This document shows, piece after piece, positions 19,801 through 29,451 of a stretch of 64,000 bases of DNA (its first letter is position 1; each line of letters begins with the position of its first letter). The notes under the pieces were generated by a model that was not told the DNA's origin, ran no database searches, and saw nothing but the letters and a program-made list of their open reading frames with translations. The stretch comes from Planctomycetota bacterium. GTDB taxonomy: Bacteria; Planctomycetota; PLA2; JAEUHO01. Position numbers and translations under genes: made by a program. The stretch spans positions 25,337 through 89,336 of the forward strand of contig JBFWRP010000018.1 of NCBI GenBank assembly GCA_050248855.1, read 5' to 3'.

Positions 19801-20389
19801 TGACCACATCGTCGAGCTGGTCGCCGAGCGCGAGGGCATCCACCTGGTCGTGGATCGCGCGCGCGCCGAGCCTGGCAACAGGGGCGTGATGCTCCAAGCC
19901 ACCGAGCTCGTCGACACGACGCTCGTCTTCGAGGAGGCGTACGGCCCGGCCTTCCTCACGGTGTCGGATCCCGTCACGCATGCCGTGTCGTGCGCACAGG
20001 AAACGCCGGGAGACGTCGAGGGGCAGCTCGTGCTCGCGCTTCCCATTGGATCGCAGCTCGACGTGACCGTGCAGTTCCTCGAGGCGCAGAGCTACGTCGC
20101 AAGACGTCTCCAAGCAGGTGCCGAGATCGAGCCTGCGCCCATCCCCTCACACCCCTGCATGCTCCAGCTCGTACGCCATGGCAGGCCCGAACCCGATGCC
20201 ATCCCCCTGTTCGCCGTCTCGGAGCGTGGAGTCTGGTGGCTGCAGGGCAACTTCGCGGGCAACTACTGGTCGACCGTCCCATCAGGTACCTACGACGTGA
20301 TGACCCTCGACGCAGAAGGCGCCCTCCAGCTCGTCGAGCCGCGCGTCGAGGCCAGCTCCCATGACGTCGTCGTGAGCTGGCCGCGGTGA
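16865..20389 (+). CDS. Carboxypeptidase-regulatory-like repeat protein, paralogue 4 (1174 aa)
   Basis: TTG start, N-terminal TM (ILAALACLAIAVALAWW), Pro/Ala linker, repeat units; the longest copy. Confidence 0.78.
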   Translation: MKAAGTRILAALACLAIAVALAWWSRGAPPAPADMDAVLPDAAESEDESLSGRKPALVGSTPRRVAAPPPGTEVGRGPAIAIEVVTAAGGAVARTEVRLTWAEPIPPSERVPEDWPERFFEHVITTDESGRAACAYVAPDATDVRVWVQTARWVSRIQTVDMSRAQQEGLRIVAVPACTVVGRAQLRDGTPAARREVLVRQADSSWPLPESIAHRHVMPFDDVLALTGADGSFRVTGLPPDALGLGVGSPIADGSGDIVWLPAREPGSTIDDVVLVAPDALFLAVQLRASDGRFLSGESVGVRTPGTEGATFVTTGRTDAAGCVRLGVDTVGPWELVHLLPDGDSVLRHAVEAGGEPVQITATATPWLSVEVVVQHHDGRPASGIKVGLVSHVVANEKADALASWKMTREEGRATLHARGPASDEVSLLLGAVKPGLACRWTLATATLTSKPEPTATLRTLPSVALSGRTVAADGSPAPGASLSSSHAYGTWVHPRRHEINAPPVISDAEGRYELTDLPPVGNMIYTSDPHRSWQTRPTWVSAQAPGSRLEGRELVVRDFVPLACKIVGGDTKLAWKARVAAVPAGETTLANAVYGQPDNQGRVMLAAPTAGPYDIVRVTPRGWTVLKQGVHGPARELELVLGDVSSPDSFVPLRVRVEPPAGRSAEGRHVRVSMASDGVRGAGLEVFGTTDHEGLATIEVPFLPPWGVSVSHAPMGQMVMNGAWRSRVSDLPGDAVLRVKMGAHDRVTGRIFHADGRGVSGARVQSVFLEPDPEAWVTTNEEGEYRLGYSDTDTSIDASQGLQIELPGVARRVLTLDQHEGSEPWWVLRLPPMGTLQGRLRAPEGVVLPAGQALRITWTRKEDEAWLTHVVLAEVDAGGAFSVADLPADRDLDVEVLPAYVQEARAHSVERFMQARAGGAPTTIEMAAVQPIAGRVVGRPDVDVTWHAVLRPATGTAAPVRAQVTDRGTFEAWPLASGDHIVELVAEREGIHLVVDRARAEPGNRGVMLQATELVDTTLVFEEAYGPAFLTVSDPVTHAVSCAQETPGDVEGQLVLALPIGSQLDVTVQFLEAQSYVARRLQAGAEIEPAPIPSHPCMLQLVRHGRPEPDAIPLFAVSERGVWWLQGNFAGNYWSTVPSGTYDVMTLDAEGALQLVEPRVEASSHDVVVSWPR

Positions 20390-20402
20390 GGGGCCGCTTG
20401 CG

Positions 20403-23357
20403 ATGACGCCCGGGGCCAAGCGCTGGGCCGTCGTGTCCGCCGTGCTGGCCGTCGCCGCCGCATGTGCCGTGGCGTGGCTGCTGACGCGTCCCGTGCGCGT
20501 GGTGCATGCCCCGAGGACCTACGACGAGCTCGGTCAACCGTCGGGCGCGGAAGTGGCACCTGGCGGCGCCGCACGTCCCACACTGCAAGGCGCGACATCT
20601 TCCTCGGCCCGGCGCCCGATCCGTGGCCACGTGCTGGATGACAAGACCGGCGCACCGCTGGCGGGCGTCCGTGTCTTGGCGCTCACGTCCTCGCAGGCGC
20701 CTTGGCGGCACGAGGCCACGACCGACGCGGAGGGAAGCTACGAGCTGGACCTCCCCGAAGGCTCCTACATCCTCACCACGTGGCATCCGCGGTACATCCC
20801 CGCAGAGCTCACGCTTGCTCTCGCGCCACGGGCGCGCCTTGGACGTTCTCCAAAGCGCGTCGTACAGGTCCACGAGCACGGAGCCCCCGACGAGCGCCAT
20901 GACGTTCGCTTGCTCCCCGGCACGCGTCTTCGCGCGCGCGTGACGGACGCGGCGGGGAACGTCCTCGCCGGTTCCGCGGTGCGCCTGCGAAGTAGAACGG
21001 CCTCGAGGCTGCACGATGCCCTGCCCACATCGCTGCGTGGCCGGGGGCAGGACACGAAGCCCCTGGCACCGGGAAGCGATGCGGAGCTCCTCTGCGACGA
21101 GCGGGGTGTGGTGGACGTGCAGGTGCTGCCTGCGGCCCTGGAGGGATGGTCGATCTCCGCGCATGCCCCCGGCCATGTGGGGACGTGGCACGCGCTGGCC
21201 ACGGAGGGGCCCTGGGACATCGCGCTCGAGGTGGTGCGCGGCGCGGGGGTACGTGGGCAGGTCATCGACGGCGAGGGGCGACCCGTCAGCGGCGTCTGGG
21301 TCGGCCCCGGTACGGTCTCGGCGTCGCGCGGCGGGGCGTGGGACCCGTCCGTCCCGCCGGTTCGCACCGATGACGACGGGCGCTTCACGATCGAGGGCCT
21401 CTCGCCCACCGACGTCACGCTTCTCGCCGTTTTCGAGGATCCCCACGCCCTCGCGGGGCAGCTGCTGGTGCCGCGCCTTGCATCGGGGGAGATCCGCAGC
21501 TCTCTCATGTTCGAAGTTCCCACGCGGTACGTGTTCCGCGCGCGCCTGGCCAGCCTGTCAGGGGAGCTGCTGGCGGGTCGGCGCGTGCGCATCGTGGAAG
21601 CAGGAGCCGGACCCGGGCCCGTAGGCCGCGCGCCCTTCGCCACCACCGACGACAACGGCCACATCGGTGTCGTCCTGCCCTTCGAAGGGCCCTGGCGCCT
21701 GGACATCAGCACCGCCCTGGGCTGGGCCACGCTGGCCGACGACGTCCTCTTGCCGGCCGACGAGCTGGCGCTGGTCGTCGCGCCCGAGCCGGTGACTCGC
21801 TTCCGCCTCGAGGTCGTCGACAACGACGGGGCCCCTGTACGCGACTACGCCGCGCACGCATGGACGCTGGCGGAGACGGCCGAGGAGGCGCAGAGCGAGC
21901 ACGCCGTCAAGCTGTTTGCCGACGGCGCGGACGTGGAGCTGGACGTGCCGGGAACGATTCCCGTGGCGATCTCCTTGGAGCGCTTGGACCCCGACACGCA
22001 AGCGCGCCACACGATGCGCCATGTCCTGGCCCAGCTGCCGGACGACGGCGTCGTTCGCCTGGTCTGGGACCCGCGGGCCCAGGTCACCGGCCGCGTGGTC
22101 GACGAAGCCGATCGGGCCATCGAAGGCGTCACCGTGCACATGAGCTGGGCCGGCGCCGCGCGCGGTGGGCTCACGTCGGCCACGACGGCGCAGGGCACCT
22201 TTGCGTTCGACTTCGATCCTGGAACCGCCCGGTACGTGGCCATCCAGGTGACGCCACCCGAGGGCTACGCGCAGCACGACGTCATCCTTCACTCGCTCTT
22301 CGACGACGCGCTCGTGATCCGGCTGCGCAGAGGCGGAATCGTCACGGGCCGGATCCACGTCCCGGCGGGCGTCCAGTTCGCGGACGGCGAGAAGGCACTC
22401 GTGATGTGGCCACGCGACGACGCGGAGGTGCCCCAGCTCGCGGGGGCGTCCGGCGCGATCTTCCCCGACGGGCGCTTCGTCGTGGAGGGCGTGCCCTTGG
22501 ATCGCGAGCTCACATGGAGCTACCGAGGGCTCACGCTGCAGAAGCACGAGCTCATCGTGAGCCCCGCTCCCGCCCCCCTGCGGGCGGGCGATCAGCTCGA
22601 GATCCACACGATCCCTGCCCAGCGCATCAAGGGACGCATCGAGGGGAGCGGCGACGCGACGGGCCTCGTCGTGCGCGCCCACCCGGTCGGTGAGGCGGAG
22701 CGTGCGTGGTCCTGGAGCCCGGACGATGCGGACGACTTGGACTTCGACATCGGGCTCCTGCCTCCGGGGGACTACGTGGTCGCCCTGGTGAACGCCCATG
22801 GAACGCAGGCCACGTTGGATCAACGGACCGTCGCAGCCGGGACGCACGACGTGCGCTTGGACGCCACGTCCGCCTGCTGGATCCACGTGCGCTGCGAGCC
22901 CCGGGGCCTGCGCACCAGCTGCCTGCTGGTCGACGCCGAGACCGGACGCGCGGCCGGTCGGGCCTATGCGCGGGACGAGGTGCTCCGCGCCCGCACTTTG
23001 CGGGGTCGACGCTACGACATCACGGCCGTCACGGAGAGCACGACGCCGGGCGACGTGCCCCTGGTGGGCCACCTCGCCGACGTCGAGGCCGGCTCGGAAG
23101 TCGTCCTCGCGCTTCGCAGCGCGAGCCGCCTGACGGGCCGATTCCACGGAGACGGGGTCGGGCTCTTCCACGAGATCGTGGCGCGCCGGGGCACCACCTC
23201 GTTTCCCGTCCGCTTCCTCGGTCGCGCCGCGTTCGAGGCCTGGGTCCTGCCGGGGCCCTACGAGATCGTGGGACGCAGCGAAGAGGGCACGGAGACGGTC
23301 CTGGCCCGGGGCATCGAACCAGGCCAGGAGGGCGTCGTTCTCCGAGCTGGGCGCTGA
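20403..23357 (+). CDS. Carboxypeptidase-regulatory-like repeat protein, paralogue 5 (984 aa)
   Basis: N-terminal TM; GHVLDDKTGAPLAGV, TTWHPRYIPA, repeat units. Confidence 0.8.
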   Translation: MTPGAKRWAVVSAVLAVAAACAVAWLLTRPVRVVHAPRTYDELGQPSGAEVAPGGAARPTLQGATSSSARRPIRGHVLDDKTGAPLAGVRVLALTSSQAPWRHEATTDAEGSYELDLPEGSYILTTWHPRYIPAELTLALAPRARLGRSPKRVVQVHEHGAPDERHDVRLLPGTRLRARVTDAAGNVLAGSAVRLRSRTASRLHDALPTSLRGRGQDTKPLAPGSDAELLCDERGVVDVQVLPAALEGWSISAHAPGHVGTWHALATEGPWDIALEVVRGAGVRGQVIDGEGRPVSGVWVGPGTVSASRGGAWDPSVPPVRTDDDGRFTIEGLSPTDVTLLAVFEDPHALAGQLLVPRLASGEIRSSLMFEVPTRYVFRARLASLSGELLAGRRVRIVEAGAGPGPVGRAPFATTDDNGHIGVVLPFEGPWRLDISTALGWATLADDVLLPADELALVVAPEPVTRFRLEVVDNDGAPVRDYAAHAWTLAETAEEAQSEHAVKLFADGADVELDVPGTIPVAISLERLDPDTQARHTMRHVLAQLPDDGVVRLVWDPRAQVTGRVVDEADRAIEGVTVHMSWAGAARGGLTSATTAQGTFAFDFDPGTARYVAIQVTPPEGYAQHDVILHSLFDDALVIRLRRGGIVTGRIHVPAGVQFADGEKALVMWPRDDAEVPQLAGASGAIFPDGRFVVEGVPLDRELTWSYRGLTLQKHELIVSPAPAPLRAGDQLEIHTIPAQRIKGRIEGSGDATGLVVRAHPVGEAERAWSWSPDDADDLDFDIGLLPPGDYVVALVNAHGTQATLDQRTVAAGTHDVRLDATSACWIHVRCEPRGLRTSCLLVDAETGRAAGRAYARDEVLRARTLRGRRYDITAVTESTTPGDVPLVGHLADVEAGSEVVLALRSASRLTGRFHGDGVGLFHEIVARRGTTSFPVRFLGRAAFEAWVLPGPYEIVGRSEEGTETVLARGIEPGQEGVVLRAGR

Positions 23358-23436
23358 GGACGCGCGGAGGCTTCCAAGGCGTGGCGCACCGCCCCTCCAA
23401 GCGGGTATCGTCGGCCTTGTGGAGTGAACGCGCGCC

Positions 23437-26397
23437 GTGAACGAACGCTTGGCCCTGCTCGTGTCGCTCGCCGTGGGCCTGCTGGCGGCGGGCGCCATCG
23501 CGTGGTGGGGAGCATCGGGCACCGAGCCGCGCGCCGAGGACGCGGCGGAGATGGCGCCGCCAAGCCCGGTGGCCCAGTCGCGACCAGATGCGGACCGGGA
23601 AGGCGCGGCCCCCGCTCTCGAAGGCCGTGCGTACGAAGCGGCGTCGGGCGTCGTAGAGGGCCTGGTCGTCGACGCCGAGACGAGCGCTCCGCTGGCTGGC
23701 GCGACGGTCGTGGCGGTCTCCCGCTGGGAACGCGCGGAAGCAGGACGTGGCGTGACCGACGCCGAAGGTCGCTACGAGGTCCGGGCGCCGCACGGGTCCC
23801 ACGACCTCACGACGTGGCTGCCGGGGTACGTGCCGGCAGGGCTGGTGGAATCGGCAGCCAGTCGGCGGACCGGTCCACGGATCGCGCAGCTCGTCGAGGC
23901 GGGTAGCCGCGTGGCGGGCCCCACGCTTCGACTTCGACGCGCCATTCAGCTGCGTGTCCGCGTCGTGGACGACGCCTCGGGCAACGCCGTCCCCCACGCG
24001 CTGGTCCAGCTGCGTGGTCGCGGATGCTCCGTCCTGCGGTGGGCCGCGCCGGACGTACCGCCCCTGCACCGCCCCCTTCCCGACTGGCTGCCGCCGGACC
24101 ACACGGCTGCGCTTGCCACCGATGCTCGCGGCGAGCTGGACGTCACGGCTCTCCCGAGCCCGCTGCCCGACTGGATGATCTGCGCCACGTCTTCTGGACG
24201 CCGGTCCGGATGGCAGTTCCTCGCTCCGGAGGGGCCCTGGGACCTGGAGCTGCGGCTCGTGAAGAGTGCGACGCTCGTCGGTCGCGTCGTGGACACGTCC
24301 GGACGACCCGAAGCAGGCGCTTGGATCTGGCGGTCATCGCTCGACCCGGATGGGGCGGAGGAGCAGGGCGCAGGTCCGCTCCCGGTACCCACCGACGCCG
24401 AAGGGAACTTCCGCGTGGAGGGCGTACCTCCGGGGAGCTGCACCTTGGCCGTCCGCTACGCGGATCCGGATGGCCCCGCCGCCGAAGAGCACGTCGCAAA
24501 CATCAGGGCCGGGGAGGAGCGCGCGGGGATCGAGATCGTCGTTCCCGTTCGATACATCGTGCGCGCGACCCTGCTGGACGAAGCGGAGAGCGCCGTGCGA
24601 GACGCCCTGGTCCGGATCCGGGAGACGGCCGCGGACGAGATGACCCAGCAGCAGACGACGACCGCCCGCACGGACGAACGGGGCCACGTGGGCGTGCAGA
24701 TGCCGCGGGCCGGCCCTTGGACCGTCGAGCTGAGTACCCCACGCGGCTGGGCCGAGCTCGCGCGAGGGATCGTGCTGCCCGCCGAGGAGCTGATCCTGCG
24801 TGCTCCTCCGGAGGAGGTCACGGCCTTCACCCTGCAGCTGCGCGCGCTCGACGGCACTGCCATCGACGGCTATCGCCTCTCGGCCTTCAGCCTCGCGGGC
24901 GACTCCTACCTCGCCCGCTCGTACCACTCGTTCGTGGCCAGGATGAATGGCCCCGCCGTCCCGCTCGAGGTGCCCGGACCGCTGCCCCTGGCCCTGGCCA
25001 TCACCGCACCCACCGTCGACATGTGGGAGTCGGAGCGGCGCACGATGTTGCACATCGTGCGCGAGCTTCCTGCGGACGGCCTCCTCCAGCTCACGTGGAG
25101 CGATGGGACCGGCTTCGAGGGCGTCGTGCGTGGCAGGGACGGACAGCCCATCCCGGGCGCGACGATCCGCATCGCCTCCGCGGAGACCCCGGCCACGGCG
25201 CCTCCCGAGAAGACGGATGCCCAAGGCCGCTTCCGCGTGCCCTACGCACCCGACCTCGACCTGGTGGCTCGCGTCTCCATCAGCCCGCCCTCCCCGTGGC
25301 TCCCGACCGCCACGCCATGGCTACGCCACGACTTCGCCACGGGCCCGATGGAGGTGGTGCTCGAGCGCGGGGGCACGGTCCTTGGCCACATCGAGACGCC
25401 CCGGGCCGTCGTGTTCGGCCACGAGGATCGCATCGAGGTGCTCTGGCCTGCTGGAGAGGATCGCCTCGAGCTTCGCGGACGCGCCGAGGCACGCGTACAA
25501 CCCGATGGCGGCTTCGAGCTGCAAGGATTGCCCCATGACCGCGATGCGACCTGGCGGTACGTCGGACCGACGCTGCCTGGCAACGGTCTGGTGTTCGAGG
25601 CCCCGTCGCGAAGCGTCCGTGCGGGCGAAGAGCTGATCCTGCGCACGACCCAGGCCCTGACGATCTCGGGCCGCCTCGTGGGGGAAGGCGATCTGGGTGG
25701 CCTCCAGCTGCGCGTGCGCGAGCTGGGTGAGGCGCCTCACTCCCGTCCGGCGGCGCTGAGCAGCACCGGTGAGTTCACCCTCGGAGGTCTACGTCCCACG
25801 ACCCACGAGCTGCTCCTCATGGGTGGTGAAGAGGGCGAGCTCGAGCTGCTTCGCCTGCGCGTCGAGGCCGGGCAGGGCGACGTGCAGGTCAGCGTCCCCG
25901 CCCTGGCGTGGCTCGAGGTCCAGCTCGAGCCTGCTGCCACTCGCGCGGCGTGCTGGGTGCGTCAGGCCGGTGCCCCTGCCGCGACTTCACCGACGATGTC
26001 CGACGCGAACGGCTTCGCACGCATCCGCGTGGTACGCGGTCGGACCTACGACGTGGTGGTGGTCGCGTCGACCCCCCAGCCCCCCGAACCCTTGCGCGCT
26101 GGGCACGCCGTGGGTGTCCGAGCGGGGTCCCTGGTCCGCGTTCACCTCGAACCGGCGGTCGTCATGAGCGGAGCACTGGGCCCGGGCGTCATGCGCGAGC
26201 TGCACGACCTGCGCGCACGGCGGGGTGCCGCCGTGTACCCGCTGCAGATCCCGGATGGCCGAGGGACGTGGTTCAGTACCTTCGTCACGCCGGGGCGCTA
26301 CGAGATCGTCGGCACCGACCGCAATGGTCGAGATCACGTCCTGGCCCGTGATATCGAGGCTGGCCAACGGGGCGTCGTCGTGGAGCTGGGCCGCTGA
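23437..26397 (+). CDS. Carboxypeptidase-regulatory-like repeat protein, paralogue 6 (986 aa)
   Basis: N-terminal TM; TTWLPGYVPAGL; collinear with paralogues 5 and 7. Confidence 0.8.
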   Translation: MNERLALLVSLAVGLLAAGAIAWWGASGTEPRAEDAAEMAPPSPVAQSRPDADREGAAPALEGRAYEAASGVVEGLVVDAETSAPLAGATVVAVSRWERAEAGRGVTDAEGRYEVRAPHGSHDLTTWLPGYVPAGLVESAASRRTGPRIAQLVEAGSRVAGPTLRLRRAIQLRVRVVDDASGNAVPHALVQLRGRGCSVLRWAAPDVPPLHRPLPDWLPPDHTAALATDARGELDVTALPSPLPDWMICATSSGRRSGWQFLAPEGPWDLELRLVKSATLVGRVVDTSGRPEAGAWIWRSSLDPDGAEEQGAGPLPVPTDAEGNFRVEGVPPGSCTLAVRYADPDGPAAEEHVANIRAGEERAGIEIVVPVRYIVRATLLDEAESAVRDALVRIRETAADEMTQQQTTTARTDERGHVGVQMPRAGPWTVELSTPRGWAELARGIVLPAEELILRAPPEEVTAFTLQLRALDGTAIDGYRLSAFSLAGDSYLARSYHSFVARMNGPAVPLEVPGPLPLALAITAPTVDMWESERRTMLHIVRELPADGLLQLTWSDGTGFEGVVRGRDGQPIPGATIRIASAETPATAPPEKTDAQGRFRVPYAPDLDLVARVSISPPSPWLPTATPWLRHDFATGPMEVVLERGGTVLGHIETPRAVVFGHEDRIEVLWPAGEDRLELRGRAEARVQPDGGFELQGLPHDRDATWRYVGPTLPGNGLVFEAPSRSVRAGEELILRTTQALTISGRLVGEGDLGGLQLRVRELGEAPHSRPAALSSTGEFTLGGLRPTTHELLLMGGEEGELELLRLRVEAGQGDVQVSVPALAWLEVQLEPAATRAACWVRQAGAPAATSPTMSDANGFARIRVVRGRTYDVVVVASTPQPPEPLRAGHAVGVRAGSLVRVHLEPAVVMSGALGPGVMRELHDLRARRGAAVYPLQIPDGRGTWFSTFVTPGRYEIVGTDRNGRDHVLARDIEAGQRGVVVELGR

Positions 26398-29300
26398 TGC
26401 GTCGCATCGTCGCTGGGTTGCCCGTCGTGGTGGCTCTGGCCGCCATCATCTGGTTGCTGGCAGGAAGGCCGAGCGGCTCGGGCGAATCCGTGTCCGACAT
26501 GCAGCAGGAGCAGTCCGCCGGAGGCGACGCGCGGCATGAGGCCGAGCCTCTCGAGGGCACGGACCCGGCCACCGAACCGCCCGCTGGCCTGCGGGAAACG
26601 GCCCCCGAGCTGGCTCACGCGGACATCCGCGGCATCGTGCGCGACGATGCGACGGGGGAACCGCTCGCAGGGGTGAAGGTGCTGGCTTGTGCTTCATGGG
26701 GCCCAGGGCCTCGCGTGCGGCAGACCCTCACCGACGGCGAAGGGCGCTACGAGCTCACGCTGCGCCAGGGCAACTGGAAGCTCACGACGTGGCACCCTGG
26801 CTACGTCCCGGCCGGCTTGGCGCATGCGCTCGCCAACGAGTACGGCGAGGGATGGCCGATGGATCTCCACGTCCACGTGAGCCCGGCGGGCACGTCGACC
26901 ACACCCGAGGAGATTCGCCTCTCGCCTGGCACTCCGTTCGACATCCGCGTCGTGGACGAACGCGGCCAGCCCGTGCCCCGCGCACGCATCCATCGCCGGG
27001 GTCGGGCGGAGTCACGCGCGATCGCGGCATTCGGCTGGGAGGACGGCGCCGGCCCCTGGGAGGAGCTGACGTCGCTGGTTGCCGACAACGCGGGCAGGTG
27101 CTCTCTGGCGGTGTTGCCCCCGACCATCCCCGAGCTCGAGCTGGCGGCGACGGCACCCGGGATGGTCGGCGCATGGCAGAGGCTTCCTGCCAACGGCCCC
27201 TGGGCCATGACCCTCATCGTCCGCAGACCCGCCACCGTCTCGGGTCGGGTCGCACACGCCGATGGCAGCCCGGCCGTGGGCCTGTGGGTCACGGTGCCGA
27301 CCCCCCAGGACTTCACGGGCGCGGCACCGGAGGGAGCACGATTCACGGACACGGCGCGAAGCGCTTGGCTCGAGGACGACGCCGGTGTGCAGACTGACGA
27401 TGAAGGGAAGTTCACGGTGACCGGATGCGCGCCGGGGAGCGACTGCATTGGCGTCCTCCGGCTGGAACCCCTGGAGCACGTGTCGACCACGGCCCTGCCG
27501 CCTCTCGTCGCGGGCGAGACGCAAAGTGGTGTCGAGCTGGTGATTCCGCGCAAGTACGTACTTCGCATTCGCGTGGCCAGTGGTGGCGTAACGAGTCGCA
27601 ACGGCGAGAGTTTCCGGGTCAGCAGGGTCGGGTTGGACCTGGATGGCAGCAAGTCGTGGAGGCACGTGCGCACGCACGACAAGCCCACGGTGGCGATCTC
27701 GCTGGATTCACCCGGACCCTGGGAGGTCGATCGCAGCACACCCGCTGGCTGGCAGCGTGTGCTGGCGTCCGTGAGGCTGCCGGCCGACGAACAGGTTGTT
27801 GACCTCGAACCCATTGCGGAGCCAATCCTGTGGATCGAGGCCGTGCGTCCGGATGGCTCACGCGTCGAACACTTCGAAGTGGAAACATGGTCACTCGCGG
27901 GCGCCCGGGATCTGGCCAAGAGTGACCACCTCCGGTCGGCCACCACGCGGGATGGGCGACTGCAAGTCCGGGTCGTCGGTGGACTGCCCGCCGCACTCCG
28001 CGTCGAGGGCCACCTCGAGCGCGACGATGCTCGACCACGCGATCGCCAGGATCTGGACGCCATGCGAGGCTTCGTTCGCGTAGCCGAGCCTCCCGCCTCC
28101 GGCACCCTCCGAGTGGTCCTGGGTCAACCGCACGAGCTCGTGGGAAGGGTGCTGGCACCCGACGGCCAGGGCGTTGCCAGTTGTGACGTCGAGGTCAGCC
28201 AGGGTAGGCGGCGCATGGTCGCAGAACGTCATCGAACCGATTCGAGCGGGCGGTTCATGGTGTCCGTCCGACCGGGGACGGAGGTCGTGGACGTACGCGT
28301 CACGCCTCCGGCAGCCTTCCTTGCACCCGCTCCGGTAGAGCACTCGATGCTCGACGGCCCCCTGACCGTCCACGTCCGCGCTGCGCTGCCCCTGGAAGGC
28401 CGGATCGAAGTCCCGGCGGGCGTGCGCTTCACCGGGAACGAGCAGGCGGTCGTGTGCTGGGGTATGGGCGAGGAGGACCGAAGCAAGTTCGGCGGCGCAA
28501 CCGTCCAGCTCGACGTGGACGGCAGCTTCCGGTTTCCATCCCTGCCCAGCGACACGGACATCGAGTGGAGCTACAGAGGCCGCGTGCTGGAGCGTGAGGG
28601 GTTGCTCATCGAGCCTCCGACACGCACGACGCGTGCCGGGCAACTCTTGGTCGTCGGGGTGGTTTCCGGACGGTTCATCGAGGGTCGCGTCGAAGCCCGC
28701 ACGCTGCCGGATCTTCTGAATGTCTCCGCAAGCCCCAAGCTTGCGCTGGCCCGTGGAAAGGCCGCTGGCGTGGATGGGTCCGGACGGTTCCGGATCGGCC
28801 CCCTCCTCCCAGGCCCGTACCGCATCCGTCTGCACAACGGCCGTGCCGGGGGCGCTGTCCTCGACGAGACCCAAGGCCACGCGGGCGACACGGATGTCCT
28901 CCTCCAGGCCCCCGAGCTGGACTGGCTCGAGCTGCGCTGCCCCACGGGTCGCTCCGGCTATCACGCCAACGCCTACGTTGCCGCAACGCATGAGTTCGCC
29001 GGGCGCGCCCGGGCGGGCGAGGACGGCGTGCTGCGGCTGCGACTCCCGACAGGGCGTCGCTACGACGTCGCGGTCACCACGGAGAGCGACCAACGAACCA
29101 ACACGCCGCTGGCGGGTCACGTCGCAGGTCTCGAACCCGGGACGACACACGAGGTCGAGCTCGTACCCACGCTGCCTCTCGCGGGCCCGATCCAGTCCCA
29201 GGGCGAGTGGCGCTGGTATCGACTGGCTGCGCGCCAGGGCTCCGCGCGCTTCGCACTGATCCAACAGGGCTACGAGCGCTTCTTCGCCTACCTCCCGCCT

Positions 29301-29402
29301 GGTCGATACGACCTCGTCAGCCAGGACGCCGACGGCGTCGAGCAGGTCCACGCCCGCAACATCGAGGCCGGCCGCGTTGACGTCGTGCTCGAGCTTCGCT
29401 GA
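26397..29402 (+). CDS. Carboxypeptidase-regulatory-like repeat protein, paralogue 7 (1001 aa)
   Basis: TGATG overlap with paralogue 6; N-terminal TM; TTWHPGYVPAGL. Confidence 0.8.
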   Translation: MRRIVAGLPVVVALAAIIWLLAGRPSGSGESVSDMQQEQSAGGDARHEAEPLEGTDPATEPPAGLRETAPELAHADIRGIVRDDATGEPLAGVKVLACASWGPGPRVRQTLTDGEGRYELTLRQGNWKLTTWHPGYVPAGLAHALANEYGEGWPMDLHVHVSPAGTSTTPEEIRLSPGTPFDIRVVDERGQPVPRARIHRRGRAESRAIAAFGWEDGAGPWEELTSLVADNAGRCSLAVLPPTIPELELAATAPGMVGAWQRLPANGPWAMTLIVRRPATVSGRVAHADGSPAVGLWVTVPTPQDFTGAAPEGARFTDTARSAWLEDDAGVQTDDEGKFTVTGCAPGSDCIGVLRLEPLEHVSTTALPPLVAGETQSGVELVIPRKYVLRIRVASGGVTSRNGESFRVSRVGLDLDGSKSWRHVRTHDKPTVAISLDSPGPWEVDRSTPAGWQRVLASVRLPADEQVVDLEPIAEPILWIEAVRPDGSRVEHFEVETWSLAGARDLAKSDHLRSATTRDGRLQVRVVGGLPAALRVEGHLERDDARPRDRQDLDAMRGFVRVAEPPASGTLRVVLGQPHELVGRVLAPDGQGVASCDVEVSQGRRRMVAERHRTDSSGRFMVSVRPGTEVVDVRVTPPAAFLAPAPVEHSMLDGPLTVHVRAALPLEGRIEVPAGVRFTGNEQAVVCWGMGEEDRSKFGGATVQLDVDGSFRFPSLPSDTDIEWSYRGRVLEREGLLIEPPTRTTRAGQLLVVGVVSGRFIEGRVEARTLPDLLNVSASPKLALARGKAAGVDGSGRFRIGPLLPGPYRIRLHNGRAGGAVLDETQGHAGDTDVLLQAPELDWLELRCPTGRSGYHANAYVAATHEFAGRARAGEDGVLRLRLPTGRRYDVAVTTESDQRTNTPLAGHVAGLEPGTTHEVELVPTLPLAGPIQSQGEWRWYRLAARQGSARFALIQQGYERFFAYLPPGRYDLVSQDADGVEQVHARNIEAGRVDVVLELR

Positions 29403-29451
29403 AGCGAATCCACCCGAGGCGGGCCCAGGGCGACGCTCGTAGACTTGCCCC

